From NCBI GenBank assembly GCA_001603035.1, contig LVAS01000063.1, forward strand, positions 260,506-324,505: 64,000 nt of DNA. The letters are read 5' to 3'. A program made the position numbers and the translations under genes. The notes under the pieces were generated by a model that made no database searches, was not told the origin of the DNA, and saw only the letters and a list, made by a program, of their open reading frames with translations. This DNA comes from Clostridiales bacterium Firm_13 (GTDB lineage: Bacteria; Bacillota; Clostridia; Saccharofermentanales; Saccharofermentanaceae). Below are positions 1 through 7,715 of this stretch, one piece after another (position 1 is the first letter of the stretch; each line of letters begins with the position of its first letter).

Positions 1-574
1 AGGTATGTGCAATATCAGCGATCGGATTCCCGGAATAAGAACCGGACCAATCTATAATCGTCATTGTTTCGTTGGAAACAAGAATATTGCCCGGATGAAA
101 ATCCCCATGACAAAGCATTGATTCCGTTCTTTGTCCGTTAAAGAGTTGCGCAACAAATGCAGTGAGTTCCTTATCTTGAAGACGCCCATGCTCCGTGACG
201 AATGTAAATAAATCACGTATGGACGGATACGAATCCGGCATCACTATGGATGACACCTTCTTCTGAAGTTCTGCCAGAATATGCGGGACTTTTACGAGAA
301 CACGAATATTCTTTCGCATTTCGTTCGTAAGTGTGTCACCATGAATCTTCTCCATAATACAGGCAGCGCGATCCTGAATATGGAGATATTCGTAGACTTT
401 TGGTACATGGATTGATTCATTCGCAAGAATTTCTTGCAGAATTACATCTTTTTCTTCGGATTTTCCATTATCTCGCCAGAGAACGCGAAGAATTCTATCC
501 GGATCTAGGTCATAGATCTCCGCTTCACCGCCTGTTGTAAGAAGAACAAGATCTGCAAGATTCATTTCTGTCAT
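1..574 (-). CDS. Phosphotransferase of the APH/choline-kinase-like family; the C-terminus runs off the window edge
   Basis: Absent from the ORF track because it is edge-truncated. My translation from the ATG at 574 gives MTEMNLADLVLLTTGGEAEIYDL...MLCHGDFHPGNILVSNETMTIIDWSG. It has the HGDxxxxN catalytic loop and an IDWSG motif. GGAGG lies about 8 nt upstream. Confidence 0.6.
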   Translation of the reverse strand, partial: MTEMNLADLVLLTTGGEAEIYDLDPDRILRVLWRDNGKSEEKDVILQEILANESIHVPKVYEYLHIQDRAACIMEKIHGDTLTNEMRKNIRVLVKVPHILAELQKKVSSIVMPDSYPSIRDLFTFVTEHGRLQDKELTAFVAQLFNGQRTESMLCHGDFHPGNILVSNETMTIIDWSGSYSGNPIADIAHT

Positions 575-762
575 CCGGTTATCCTCCGATCTTGTCAGTA
601 TACTTCTTCAATTGTACGAAGATCGGCGCGAAAAGCAACTTGATTCAAACGAATTGCCAGGAAAGAAACATACAAATTTGCCTCACACACATTCAAATAT
701 CATGATACTATGATTTTGTAATCAACCAGCAACCATCGTTTTTAACGAAAAGGAGAACATAT

Positions 763-1176
763 ATGAAAAAGAAAATATACGCATCCCTATCCGCACTTAT
801 CCTTTCGGCACTTGTTCTTGCAGGCTGTGCAGCATCCCCATCCGGTACGGCTACAACTGAATCTCAAACAACAAATCCTCCTGTAAGCACTTCCGTAAAT
901 AATACCGTGAGCACCGCGACGGAAGCGACGACAAGCGGATCGGAACTCGTCCTGACAGTTGCCGAACTGTCAAAGTATGACGGAACGAACGGAAATCCCG
1001 CCTATATTGCAGTTGACGGCGTTATCTATGACGTAACAAATGTTCCCGAATGGAAAAATGGAGCGCATAATGGATTTACTGCGGGGAAGGACCTGACGGA
1101 TGCGATCAAGACAATGTCACCGCACGGGACTTCTAAATTGTCCGGTGTTCCTGTCGTAGGTAAACTAGTAGACTAA
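763..1176 (+). CDS. Secreted lipoprotein with a cytochrome b5-like / MAPR-type heme-binding domain
   Basis: Signal peptide with lipobox LAGC, then a Thr/Ser-rich linker. The domain LSKYDGTNGNPAYIAVDGVIYDVT...FTAGKDLTDAI matches the MAPR/cyt-b5-like pattern (L..yDG....y.A..G.vyDVt....faGkD). AAGGAGAA RBS. Confidence 0.6.
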   Translation: MKKKIYASLSALILSALVLAGCAASPSGTATTESQTTNPPVSTSVNNTVSTATEATTSGSELVLTVAELSKYDGTNGNPAYIAVDGVIYDVTNVPEWKNGAHNGFTAGKDLTDAIKTMSPHGTSKLSGVPVVGKLVD

Positions 1177-1188
1177 GGAGGAAAAAAT

Positions 1189-1587
1189 ATGTTGTACGAG
1201 GTTCTGGGATGGCTTAACATTTTTTTCTTTGTTGTGATGACGTCTCCTTTTTGGATCCGCATCATTAATGATCACACCTTCCATTGGAAAGGAGCCGCGT
1301 ACAAGAAAACAATACGAATCCTTCGCAAGATTCATAAGCCACTCGGATTTGTCATTTTGGTCATCGCCGGCATTCACGGATATCTTGCCCTAGGTGTGAT
1401 TCGACTTCATACAGGATCCCTCATCGCAATCGCAACGATGCTTACGGCGGCTTTGGGTATTGCTTTCTATTTTTCGAAGAAGAAGACGCTCTTTAAGTTG
1501 CACCGTTGGTCCGTACTATTGATTCTTCTTCTGGTCGCTCTTCATTTGCTTTTTCCGAGTGCGCTCTGGTACCTTTTCCACATCTGA
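1189..1587 (+). CDS. Four-TM membrane protein with two H-x13-H motifs; putative di-heme cytochrome b-like subunit
   Basis: Starts 12 nt after the lipoprotein gene, with a GGAGG RBS. Four hydrophobic helices. HKPLGFVILVIAGIH and HRWSVLLILLLVALH each place two His 14 residues apart, in predicted TM2 and TM4. The function is inferred. Confidence 0.5.
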   Translation: MLYEVLGWLNIFFFVVMTSPFWIRIINDHTFHWKGAAYKKTIRILRKIHKPLGFVILVIAGIHGYLALGVIRLHTGSLIAIATMLTAALGIAFYFSKKKTLFKLHRWSVLLILLLVALHLLFPSALWYLFHI

Positions 1588-1614
1588 GGAAAGAATCTAC
1601 TTAAAAAACATGAA

Positions 1615-1662
1615 ATGGGCTGTCTCTTCCGGCATACATAACGCCTTGAAGAGACAGCCCAT
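1615..1662. terminator. Long hairpin between the membrane-protein gene and tRNA-Leu; the U-tract is on the minus-strand side
   Basis: Arms ATGGGCTGTCTCTTC and GAAGAGACAGCCCAT (15 bp). On the minus strand the hairpin is followed by TTCATGTTTTTT. Confidence 0.6.
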
Positions 1663-1664
1663 CT

Positions 1665-1751
1665 TGGTGCGGGAAACAGGACTTGAACCTGCACGATCTT
1701 TCAATCACTAGCACCTGAAGCTAGCGCGTCTGCCAATTCCACCATTCCCGC
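1665..1751 (-). tRNA. tRNA-Leu (anticodon CAG)
   Basis: Reverse complement is GCGGGAATGGTGGAATTGGCAGAC...CTTCAGGTGCTAG...GGTTCAAGTCCTGTTTCCCGCACCA. It has the acceptor stem, T-loop GGTTCAAGTCC, a long variable arm, an encoded CCA and anticodon loop TTCAGGT. Confidence 0.9.
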
Positions 1752-1763
1752 AGAACAGAAGTT

Positions 1764-1792
1764 ATCATACAGGAAGAAAGGGTAAATTTCAA
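1764..1792 (-). promoter_or_regulatory. Sigma-70-type promoter for tRNA-Leu(CAG)
   Basis: Minus strand reads TTGAAA-17 nt-TATGAT, ending about 12 nt upstream of the tRNA 5' end. Confidence 0.45.
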
Positions 1793-1946
1793 GGGGGAAG
1801 ACCCGAGTTTTGGGAAGATAAAAGTAAGAGACATCCCTTCATCGCGATTTGGCAAAACGAATAAATTAGGACCTTACTCTTGCCTTTTCAATTCTTTGAT
1901 ATGCGAGTAAGATAGCAACAGGTTATTTTTTTGTGACGGAGCGAAT

Positions 1947-2684
1947 ATGATAGCAAAAGACAAAGCAGATAATGTTCGTCGGGCAAGAATTTACGCGTTG
2001 CTTGGATTCGCCGCATTTGTCATACTTTCCGGAATCGCTTTCTATTTTGTCGGAATGCCGATGATCCAATTCGTCAAAGAACCTGCGCTGTTTCGCACTT
2101 TTGTAGATTCTAAGGGGATCGGCGGGCAGGTTGTCTTTGTCGGAATGGTGGCCCTTCAGGTACTTGTCGCAATAATTCCTGGAGAGCCGTTGGAGATTGC
2201 CGCCGGATATACTTTCGGTTCATTTACGGGTACTTTTCTTTGTCTGATCGGACAAGCGATCGGAAGTATTCTTGTTTTCCTTTTTGTAAAATATGTCGGA
2301 ATTCATGCCGTTGAAGTTTTCTTTTCAAAAGAGAAAATTCAGTCCCTTCGATTTCTTCGAAATGAGAAGAAACTTGCATTTACGACTTTCATTCTATTCT
2401 TCATACCCGGCACCCCCAAAGATATTTTGACTTACTTTGTCGGTTTGACGCCGATGAAACTATGGCAATTTTTGCTGATCAGTTCTGTCGCCAGAATTCC
2501 CTCGGTTATTACATCCACAATCGGGGGAGACTCGCTTGGGATAAAGAATTACAATTTCGCAATTCTTGTCTTTTCCTTAACCGCTGTCATCAGCGGAATC
2601 GGTATATTGGTCTACGGCAAAATTACAAAGGCGCATGAAAGTGATACAATTAATAAGCAAAAAAACGATGAAGATCGAGGATAA
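1947..2684 (+). CDS. TVP38/TMEM64 (DedA-related, VTT domain) membrane protein
   Basis: Multi-pass membrane protein with FIPGTPKDILTYFVGLT and ARIPSVITST, segments typical of the TVP38/SNARE-associated family. Confidence 0.7.
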   Translation: MIAKDKADNVRRARIYALLGFAAFVILSGIAFYFVGMPMIQFVKEPALFRTFVDSKGIGGQVVFVGMVALQVLVAIIPGEPLEIAAGYTFGSFTGTFLCLIGQAIGSILVFLFVKYVGIHAVEVFFSKEKIQSLRFLRNEKKLAFTTFILFFIPGTPKDILTYFVGLTPMKLWQFLLISSVARIPSVITSTIGGDSLGIKNYNFAILVFSLTAVISGIGILVYGKITKAHESDTINKQKNDEDRG

Positions 2685-2689
2685 AGGAA

Positions 2690-4129
2690 ATGACAGAAAC
2701 GATGGAAGCTTGCAAGGCATATTTCGAAGGAAAGCGAATCGCCGTCCTGGGCGTCGGGATATCAAATCGCCCTCTCATTCGATTTCTATTTGGCTTAGAA
2801 GCTCGAATTACGGCTTTTGACGCTTTGCCGAGTGATGATCGTGTCCTTTCCAAAACAAGAGCTGATTTTGAGGCGGAAGGCATCCGGATCGAGTGGAATA
2901 CAGGAGATGGTTATCTTGACGCGTTGCCTGAAGGCGAATTTGATCTGATCTTTCGCACGCCGAAGATGCGCCCCGATTTGCCTCAGATCGTCTCCGCAGT
3001 CTCTCGCGGCGCGGTTCTGACTTCCGAGATGGAAGTGTTCATGACACTTTGCCCGGCCAGAATCTTCGCCGTTACCGGCAGCGACGGAAAGACGACTACG
3101 ACAACACTGATTGCCAAAATGTTGGAGGCTTCGGGATTCACCGTTCATGTTGGAGGAAATATCGGGACTCCGCTCCTTTCCCAAATCGAATTCGTGAAGA
3201 GCACAGATATGGTCGTGCTGGAACTTTCTTCGTTTCAACTGCTCACGATGACCAAGAGCGCGGACATTGCCGTCGTTACAAATGTAACGCCGAACCACCT
3301 TGATGTTCATAAGAGTTACGAAGAATATATTGAGGCAAAAGAGAATATTTTCCGGAACCAGGACTTTCGTGGCCGTCTTGTAATAAACGCGCATAATGAT
3401 ATCACGTTTCAGATGGCAAAGAAGGCGAGGGGAGAGGTATCGTTCTTTTCTTTAGACTATGATTCCAAATGCGACGGAAATTTCGGGCGCGCGTATCTTC
3501 ATGAGGGAATCCTTGTGCTCGAGCAAAGAGGGAAAGCCCCCATCTCCGTTCTTGATGAGCGGGACATCCTAATTCCTGGATTGCATAATGTCGAGAATTA
3601 CCTTGCGGCTATGAGCGCGGTTGTCGGATTTGCTTCCGTAGAATCCATGAAGCAAACGGCACTGACATTTTCCGGAGTTGAACATCGAATCGAATTGGTA
3701 CGCACACTAAACGGCGTCCGATACTATAACAGTTCAATCGACACCAGCCCGAACCGAACGATAAATACGATGAACGCTCTGGAACGTCGTGGCGAAAGTG
3801 GCGTCCTAATCGCGGGCGGTGCTGACAAGAAATGTATTTACAAAGGTCTCGGAGATGCGATTCTTCGTGTTTGTAACCGCATCATTCTTTATGGATCCAA
3901 TGCACAACTTTTGATCGATATAATCGAAAAAGAAGCGGACGGACGAACCTTCCTGATTGAAGAAGCGACGGATTACAAGGATGCCGTTTCTCGTGCCAAG
4001 GAATTAGCCAAAGAAGGTGAAATTGTAATTTTGTCTCCTACAGGCACAAGTTATGATCATTTCCGTCATTTTGAAGAGCGCGGCAATCTTTTCAAAAAAC
4101 TTGTCGGTGATTTGTCCGAATCCGAATAA
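2690..4129 (+). CDS. murD: UDP-N-acetylmuramoylalanine--D-glutamate ligase
   Basis: N-terminal Rossmann segment KRIAVLGVGISN, Mur ligase P-loop GSDGKTTTTTLIAKML, and conserved NHLDVH and GVEHR motifs. Confidence 0.85.
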   Translation: MTETMEACKAYFEGKRIAVLGVGISNRPLIRFLFGLEARITAFDALPSDDRVLSKTRADFEAEGIRIEWNTGDGYLDALPEGEFDLIFRTPKMRPDLPQIVSAVSRGAVLTSEMEVFMTLCPARIFAVTGSDGKTTTTTLIAKMLEASGFTVHVGGNIGTPLLSQIEFVKSTDMVVLELSSFQLLTMTKSADIAVVTNVTPNHLDVHKSYEEYIEAKENIFRNQDFRGRLVINAHNDITFQMAKKARGEVSFFSLDYDSKCDGNFGRAYLHEGILVLEQRGKAPISVLDERDILIPGLHNVENYLAAMSAVVGFASVESMKQTALTFSGVEHRIELVRTLNGVRYYNSSIDTSPNRTINTMNALERRGESGVLIAGGADKKCIYKGLGDAILRVCNRIILYGSNAQLLIDIIEKEADGRTFLIEEATDYKDAVSRAKELAKEGEIVILSPTGTSYDHFRHFEERGNLFKKLVGDLSESE

Positions 4130-4154
4130 CTTTGTGCGTTTTTTTCGGAAAGGG

Positions 4155-4184
4155 TTGACGCGGCAAAAAAGGTTGTGTTATTTT
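4155..4184 (+). promoter_or_regulatory. Candidate promoter of the leuA T-box leader
   Basis: TTGACG-18 nt-TATTTT, with TG two nt upstream of the -10 (extended -10). Confidence 0.4.
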
Positions 4185-4199
4185 AAGGCTGTTATTCTA

Positions 4200-4521
4200 A
4201 ATAACATGTACTTTGTCAATTCATTCGATTCTCAACACGATGAAGAGGAATAATACGTTGGAATGTTGGCTACAGAGAGCTGCTGGGTGGTGCGAAGCAG
4301 AGCTGAATACCTTCGGAACTGGCCTCGGAGTGAGCTCGTTGAACAGATTCAGCTGAATCTCAGTAGATCGAGTCGGAAGCCGACCGTTATCGCGGCAGAA
4401 TATCGGGAGGAATCCCCGTATTCGGAACAAGTGCATCCGTCTTTTTAGCGGATGAATCGGAGTGGTACCGCGGAAGTTTACCTTTCGTCTCCAGACTAGT
4501 ATGGAGACGGGAGGTTTTTTT
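4200..4521 (+). promoter_or_regulatory. T-box leader (leucine specifier) with an intrinsic terminator
   Basis: Stem I elements AGAGAG and GGTGCGA. Candidate specifier-loop codons are CTT (4314-4316) and GAA-CTG-G (4322-4324), both Leu. Conserved T-box AATCGGAGTGGTACCGCGG at 4455-4472. Terminator CGTCTCCAGACTAGTATGGAGACGG plus a T-run at 4486-4521. Confidence 0.85.
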
Positions 4522-4603
4522 GTACCCATTTTCAAGCAATGCAGAAAAATGTGCGGGTAGGGCAGAGGTCTTAATTACCCGCGTACAAGAGGAGGACATT
4601 CGC

Positions 4604-6268
4604 ATGCAATTCCAAAAATACAGAAGATTTCCGCAAGTTCCGATTGAGAACCGACAGTGGCCGTCCAAAACAATTGAAAAAGCGCCGATCTGGTGCAGTG
4701 TAGACATGCGCGACGGGAACCAAGCGTTGGAGATTCCGATGAATTTGTCCCAGAAACTTCGCTTTTTTCAATTTCTCGTTGATATGGGCTTCAAAACGAT
4801 AGAAATTGGCTTTCCGGCGGCTTCTGATACCGAATTTGCGTTCACACGTTATCTTATTGACAATCACTTGATTCCCGACGACGTTGCGATACAAGTTCTT
4901 ACGCAGGCAAGGGAACACATCATTGCCAGAACATTTGAAGCCCTGAAAGGGGCGCCGAAAGCGGTAGTTCATCTCTATAATTCCACATCGACCTTGCAAC
5001 GAGAAGTCGTCTTTCAGTTTGATCGGAAGGCTTGCATCGACTTAGCCGTGTCCGGCGCGAAAATGATTCGCGACGCAATTGCGGCTGACACGAGCAATAC
5101 CGTCTGGATTACGGAATATTCTCCTGAAAGTTTTTCGGGAACCGAACCGGATTTTGCCGTTGAGATTTGTGATGCGGTTCTTTCGGTATGGCAACCCACT
5201 GTCGAGAATAAATCGATCATTAATCTACCCAATACCGTTGAAATGGCATCTCCGAATATCTATGCGGATCAGATCGAATTTTACTGTACACATACAAAAT
5301 GGCGTGATCAAACCATTGTATCGATTCACCCTCATAATGACAGAGGAACCGCTGTCGCCGCATCCGAGTTGGGTATTCTTGCCGGCGCGGATCGTGTTGA
5401 AGGTACGCTTTTCGGAAACGGTGAACGGACAGGTAACGCGGATATTCTTACAATCGGTATGAACCTTTTCATGCATGGGATTGATCCGGAGCTCGACTTT
5501 TCGGACATGAATACAATCATTGAAGTGTACGAAGATTGCACGAATTTGAAGGTTCCGCCGAGACATCCTTGGGCGGGAAAGCTTGTTTTTACGGCATTTT
5601 CCGGATCTCATCAAGATGCAATTAAAAAGGGCCTCAAAAAGATGGCAGAACATCCCGAACGATGGGAAGTTCCGTATCTTCCGATTGATCCCAAAGATGT
5701 CGGAAGAAGTTACGATCCGATTATTCGAATCAACAGTCAGTCCGGCAAAGGCGGCGTAGCGTTTGTCTTAGAGCAGTATTTTGGATTGTATTTGCCCAAA
5801 GCGTTCCAGAAGGACTTCGGAGCATTTTGTACGAAGGTATCTGATGCAAAGCAATCGGAACTGTTGCCATCCGAGATTTTTCAACTCTTTGACAGTACTT
5901 ACGTCAATTACGTAAATCCGTTTACATTGATACAGTATAAAGAAGAATCAAAGGATGACAGTCATGCCGCAGTCCATGCCAAACTCAAAAAAGATGGCAT
6001 GGAAATTGAAATAAGCGGAAAAGGAAATGGTTTGCTTGATGCATTCTGTCATGGATTCGCAAAAGAAATCGGCCAGTCAATATCCATTATGACGTACCAA
6101 GAACATGCCATGCAGACCGGATCCGATTCGGCAGCCATTACATATGTACAGATCCAGACAGATGACGGCAGAATCTCTCTCGGCGCCGGAATTTCAAGTT
6201 CCGTAACCAAATCGTCGTTGCGAGCGATAGTCAGCGCGGTCAACAGATTGTACAACGGAACAAAATGA
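4604..6268 (+). CDS. leuA: 2-isopropylmalate synthase, long form (LeuA type 2)
   Basis: The N-terminus MQFQKYRRFPQVPIENRQWPSKTIEKAPIWCSVDMRDGNQA is characteristic of long-form LeuA. HPHNDRGT motif and a C-terminal regulatory domain are present. Start moved to the ATG at 4604, behind GAGGAGG; the upstream ORF extension overlaps the T-box terminator. Confidence 0.85.
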   Translation: MQFQKYRRFPQVPIENRQWPSKTIEKAPIWCSVDMRDGNQALEIPMNLSQKLRFFQFLVDMGFKTIEIGFPAASDTEFAFTRYLIDNHLIPDDVAIQVLTQAREHIIARTFEALKGAPKAVVHLYNSTSTLQREVVFQFDRKACIDLAVSGAKMIRDAIAADTSNTVWITEYSPESFSGTEPDFAVEICDAVLSVWQPTVENKSIINLPNTVEMASPNIYADQIEFYCTHTKWRDQTIVSIHPHNDRGTAVAASELGILAGADRVEGTLFGNGERTGNADILTIGMNLFMHGIDPELDFSDMNTIIEVYEDCTNLKVPPRHPWAGKLVFTAFSGSHQDAIKKGLKKMAEHPERWEVPYLPIDPKDVGRSYDPIIRINSQSGKGGVAFVLEQYFGLYLPKAFQKDFGAFCTKVSDAKQSELLPSEIFQLFDSTYVNYVNPFTLIQYKEESKDDSHAAVHAKLKKDGMEIEISGKGNGLLDAFCHGFAKEIGQSISIMTYQEHAMQTGSDSAAITYVQIQTDDGRISLGAGISSSVTKSSLRAIVSAVNRLYNGTK

Positions 6269-6290
6269 TTGGCGCGAGATAGAATGCTTC

Positions 6291-6326
6291 AAAAGGGCTC
6301 CTGAGATCACTCGGGGGCCTTTTTTA
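6291..6326 (+). terminator. Intrinsic terminator of leuA
   Basis: AAAAGGGCTCCTGAG-ATCA-CTCGGGGGCCTTTTTT: about 15 bp of stem (with G-U pairs) followed by a T-run. Confidence 0.65.
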
Positions 6327-6380
6327 TTGATTTGCCTCCTCTTTATTAATTAAAACTTTCATTTTGTTTAATTGGGTGTA

Positions 6381-6409
6381 CAAAAAAACCGACCCGCTAA
6401 GGGGTCGGC
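6381..6409 (-). terminator. Intrinsic terminator of the 179-aa membrane protein gene
   Basis: Minus strand reads CCGACCCC-TTAG-CGGGTCGG-TTTTTTT. The TAG stop codon sits in the loop. Confidence 0.65.
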
Positions 6410-6936
6410 GTATTTTGTAGGCTCCCTTCAACATGCTCCGAAGACTCACCGGAAACATTCGGATTAACATAGAGTGATGTCGAATCGGGCCGTGCGGAAA
6501 ACGGATCGTCTTTCGTCAAATCATTCAAATCATCAAAGCCGACAATCTGTTTAAGTTCGTCCATGTTTCCGAACGGATTTAAGGCCTTATAGCCGATAAA
6601 CAACAATGCGATCAGGATACAAACCAGAATTAGGATGCGTATAATATTCTGGACTTTCATCGCCCGATATCGATTATCTACATGCTCCTTGGATGTATAT
6701 CCAATCAACATGTATACGCGATTTCTTCCAGTCCTTTTAGGTAAACGATTCTTCATATTCTGCCAACGACGGTACCGATTACGAAGACTTGGAATAAAGT
6801 TCCTAATAGCTCTCGTCGTGGCTCGCAGCATAGATCCGGGAAGCGCTTTCAACATTGAAAAGGAATCTCTTTCAGGGATATCGTCAGAGATCTGTTCCCC
6901 TTCAACTTCGGGATGATTGCGATTATTCTGATTCAT
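6397..6936 (-). CDS. Hypothetical single-pass membrane protein transcribed divergently from lexA
   Basis: 179 aa. It has a basic Arg/Lys-rich N-terminal ~100 aa, one TM helix (IIRILILVCILIALLFIGY) and an acidic C-terminal tail. GGAGGA RBS and TGCTATAAT extended -10 upstream. No family recognised. Confidence 0.6.
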   Translation of the reverse strand: MNQNNRNHPEVEGEQISDDIPERDSFSMLKALPGSMLRATTRAIRNFIPSLRNRYRRWQNMKNRLPKRTGRNRVYMLIGYTSKEHVDNRYRAMKVQNIIRILILVCILIALLFIGYKALNPFGNMDELKQIVGFDDLNDLTKDDPFSARPDSTSLYVNPNVSGESSEHVEGSLQNTPTP

Positions 6937-7002
6937 ATATCCTCCGACAAAATCATAAAACGATTATAGCATATTCTCTTTCGGCGGAGAATGATTCGTA
7001 TC

Positions 7003-7016
7003 CGAACAATCGTTTG
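7003..7016. promoter_or_regulatory. LexA (Cheo) box candidate
   Basis: CGAACAATCGTTTG against the Gram-positive consensus CGAAC-N4-GTTCG (1 mismatch). It overlaps the -35 of the lexA promoter. Confidence 0.5.
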
Positions 7017-7042
7017 ACATAGAGAAACGGAAATGCTAGTAT
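7014..7042 (+). promoter_or_regulatory. lexA promoter
   Basis: TTGACA-17 nt-TAGTAT, 44 nt upstream of the lexA start. Confidence 0.55.
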
Positions 7043-7085
7043 GAAAACGAAAATATATTCTGTATTCGATATTCGGAGGCGTTAA

Positions 7086-7715
7086 GTGGAACAAAAGAAT
7101 CGCTTTACACGAAGTAATTTGGATCAGACCGTCGAATCGATTTATGGCTTTATCGTCGATCATATTCGTCGCGAGGGCTATCCACCGTCTGTTCGAGAGA
7201 TTTGCACCGGTGTCGGGATTCGGTCGACATCGACGATTCATTCTCATCTCAAACGATTACAAGAGCAAGGGCGAATCGAGTATGCCCCCGGCAAGCGCAG
7301 AGCCATTATTGTTCCGGATCTTCAAGCAGATCATGTCATGAACATTCCTGTTATCGGAACGGTTACCGCCGGTGTTCCGATTCTAGCTGTCCAGAATATC
7401 GAGAGAACCCTTCCCTTTTCTTCGGATATGTTTTCAAATGGTGATTATTTTGTTCTCACCGTAAAGGGTGACAGCATGATCGACGCGCATATTCTGAACG
7501 GAGATTATGTGATTGTTCGCCGTCAGAATACCGCGGCAGTCGGGCAGATTATCGTTGCACGAATTGGTGATGAAGCGACCGTTAAAACTCTCGGAACGAA
7601 GGATGGCAACATGATGCTCTTTCCGCAGAACCCTTCCTATGCTCCGATTCCCTTTGACACCGAAGATTGTCAGATTCTGGGTCTTGTGACGGGATTATTC
7701 CGCTCAGATATCTGA
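7086..7715 (+). CDS. lexA: LexA repressor
   Basis: GTG start behind GGAGG. N-terminal winged HTH (GYPPSVREICTGVGIRSTSTIHSHL), cleavage site VTAGVP, and the S24 peptidase Ser (GDSM) and Lys (ATVKTL). Confidence 0.9.
   Translation: MEQKNRFTRSNLDQTVESIYGFIVDHIRREGYPPSVREICTGVGIRSTSTIHSHLKRLQEQGRIEYAPGKRRAIIVPDLQADHVMNIPVIGTVTAGVPILAVQNIERTLPFSSDMFSNGDYFVLTVKGDSMIDAHILNGDYVIVRRQNTAAVGQIIVARIGDEATVKTLGTKDGNMMLFPQNPSYAPIPFDTEDCQILGLVTGLFRSDI

Noticed and set aside
7048-7061. Second LexA-like site, CGAAAATATATTCT, downstream of the lexA promoter.
   Set aside because: It has three mismatches to CGAAC-N4-GTTCG, including both inner C/G positions that are normally critical.
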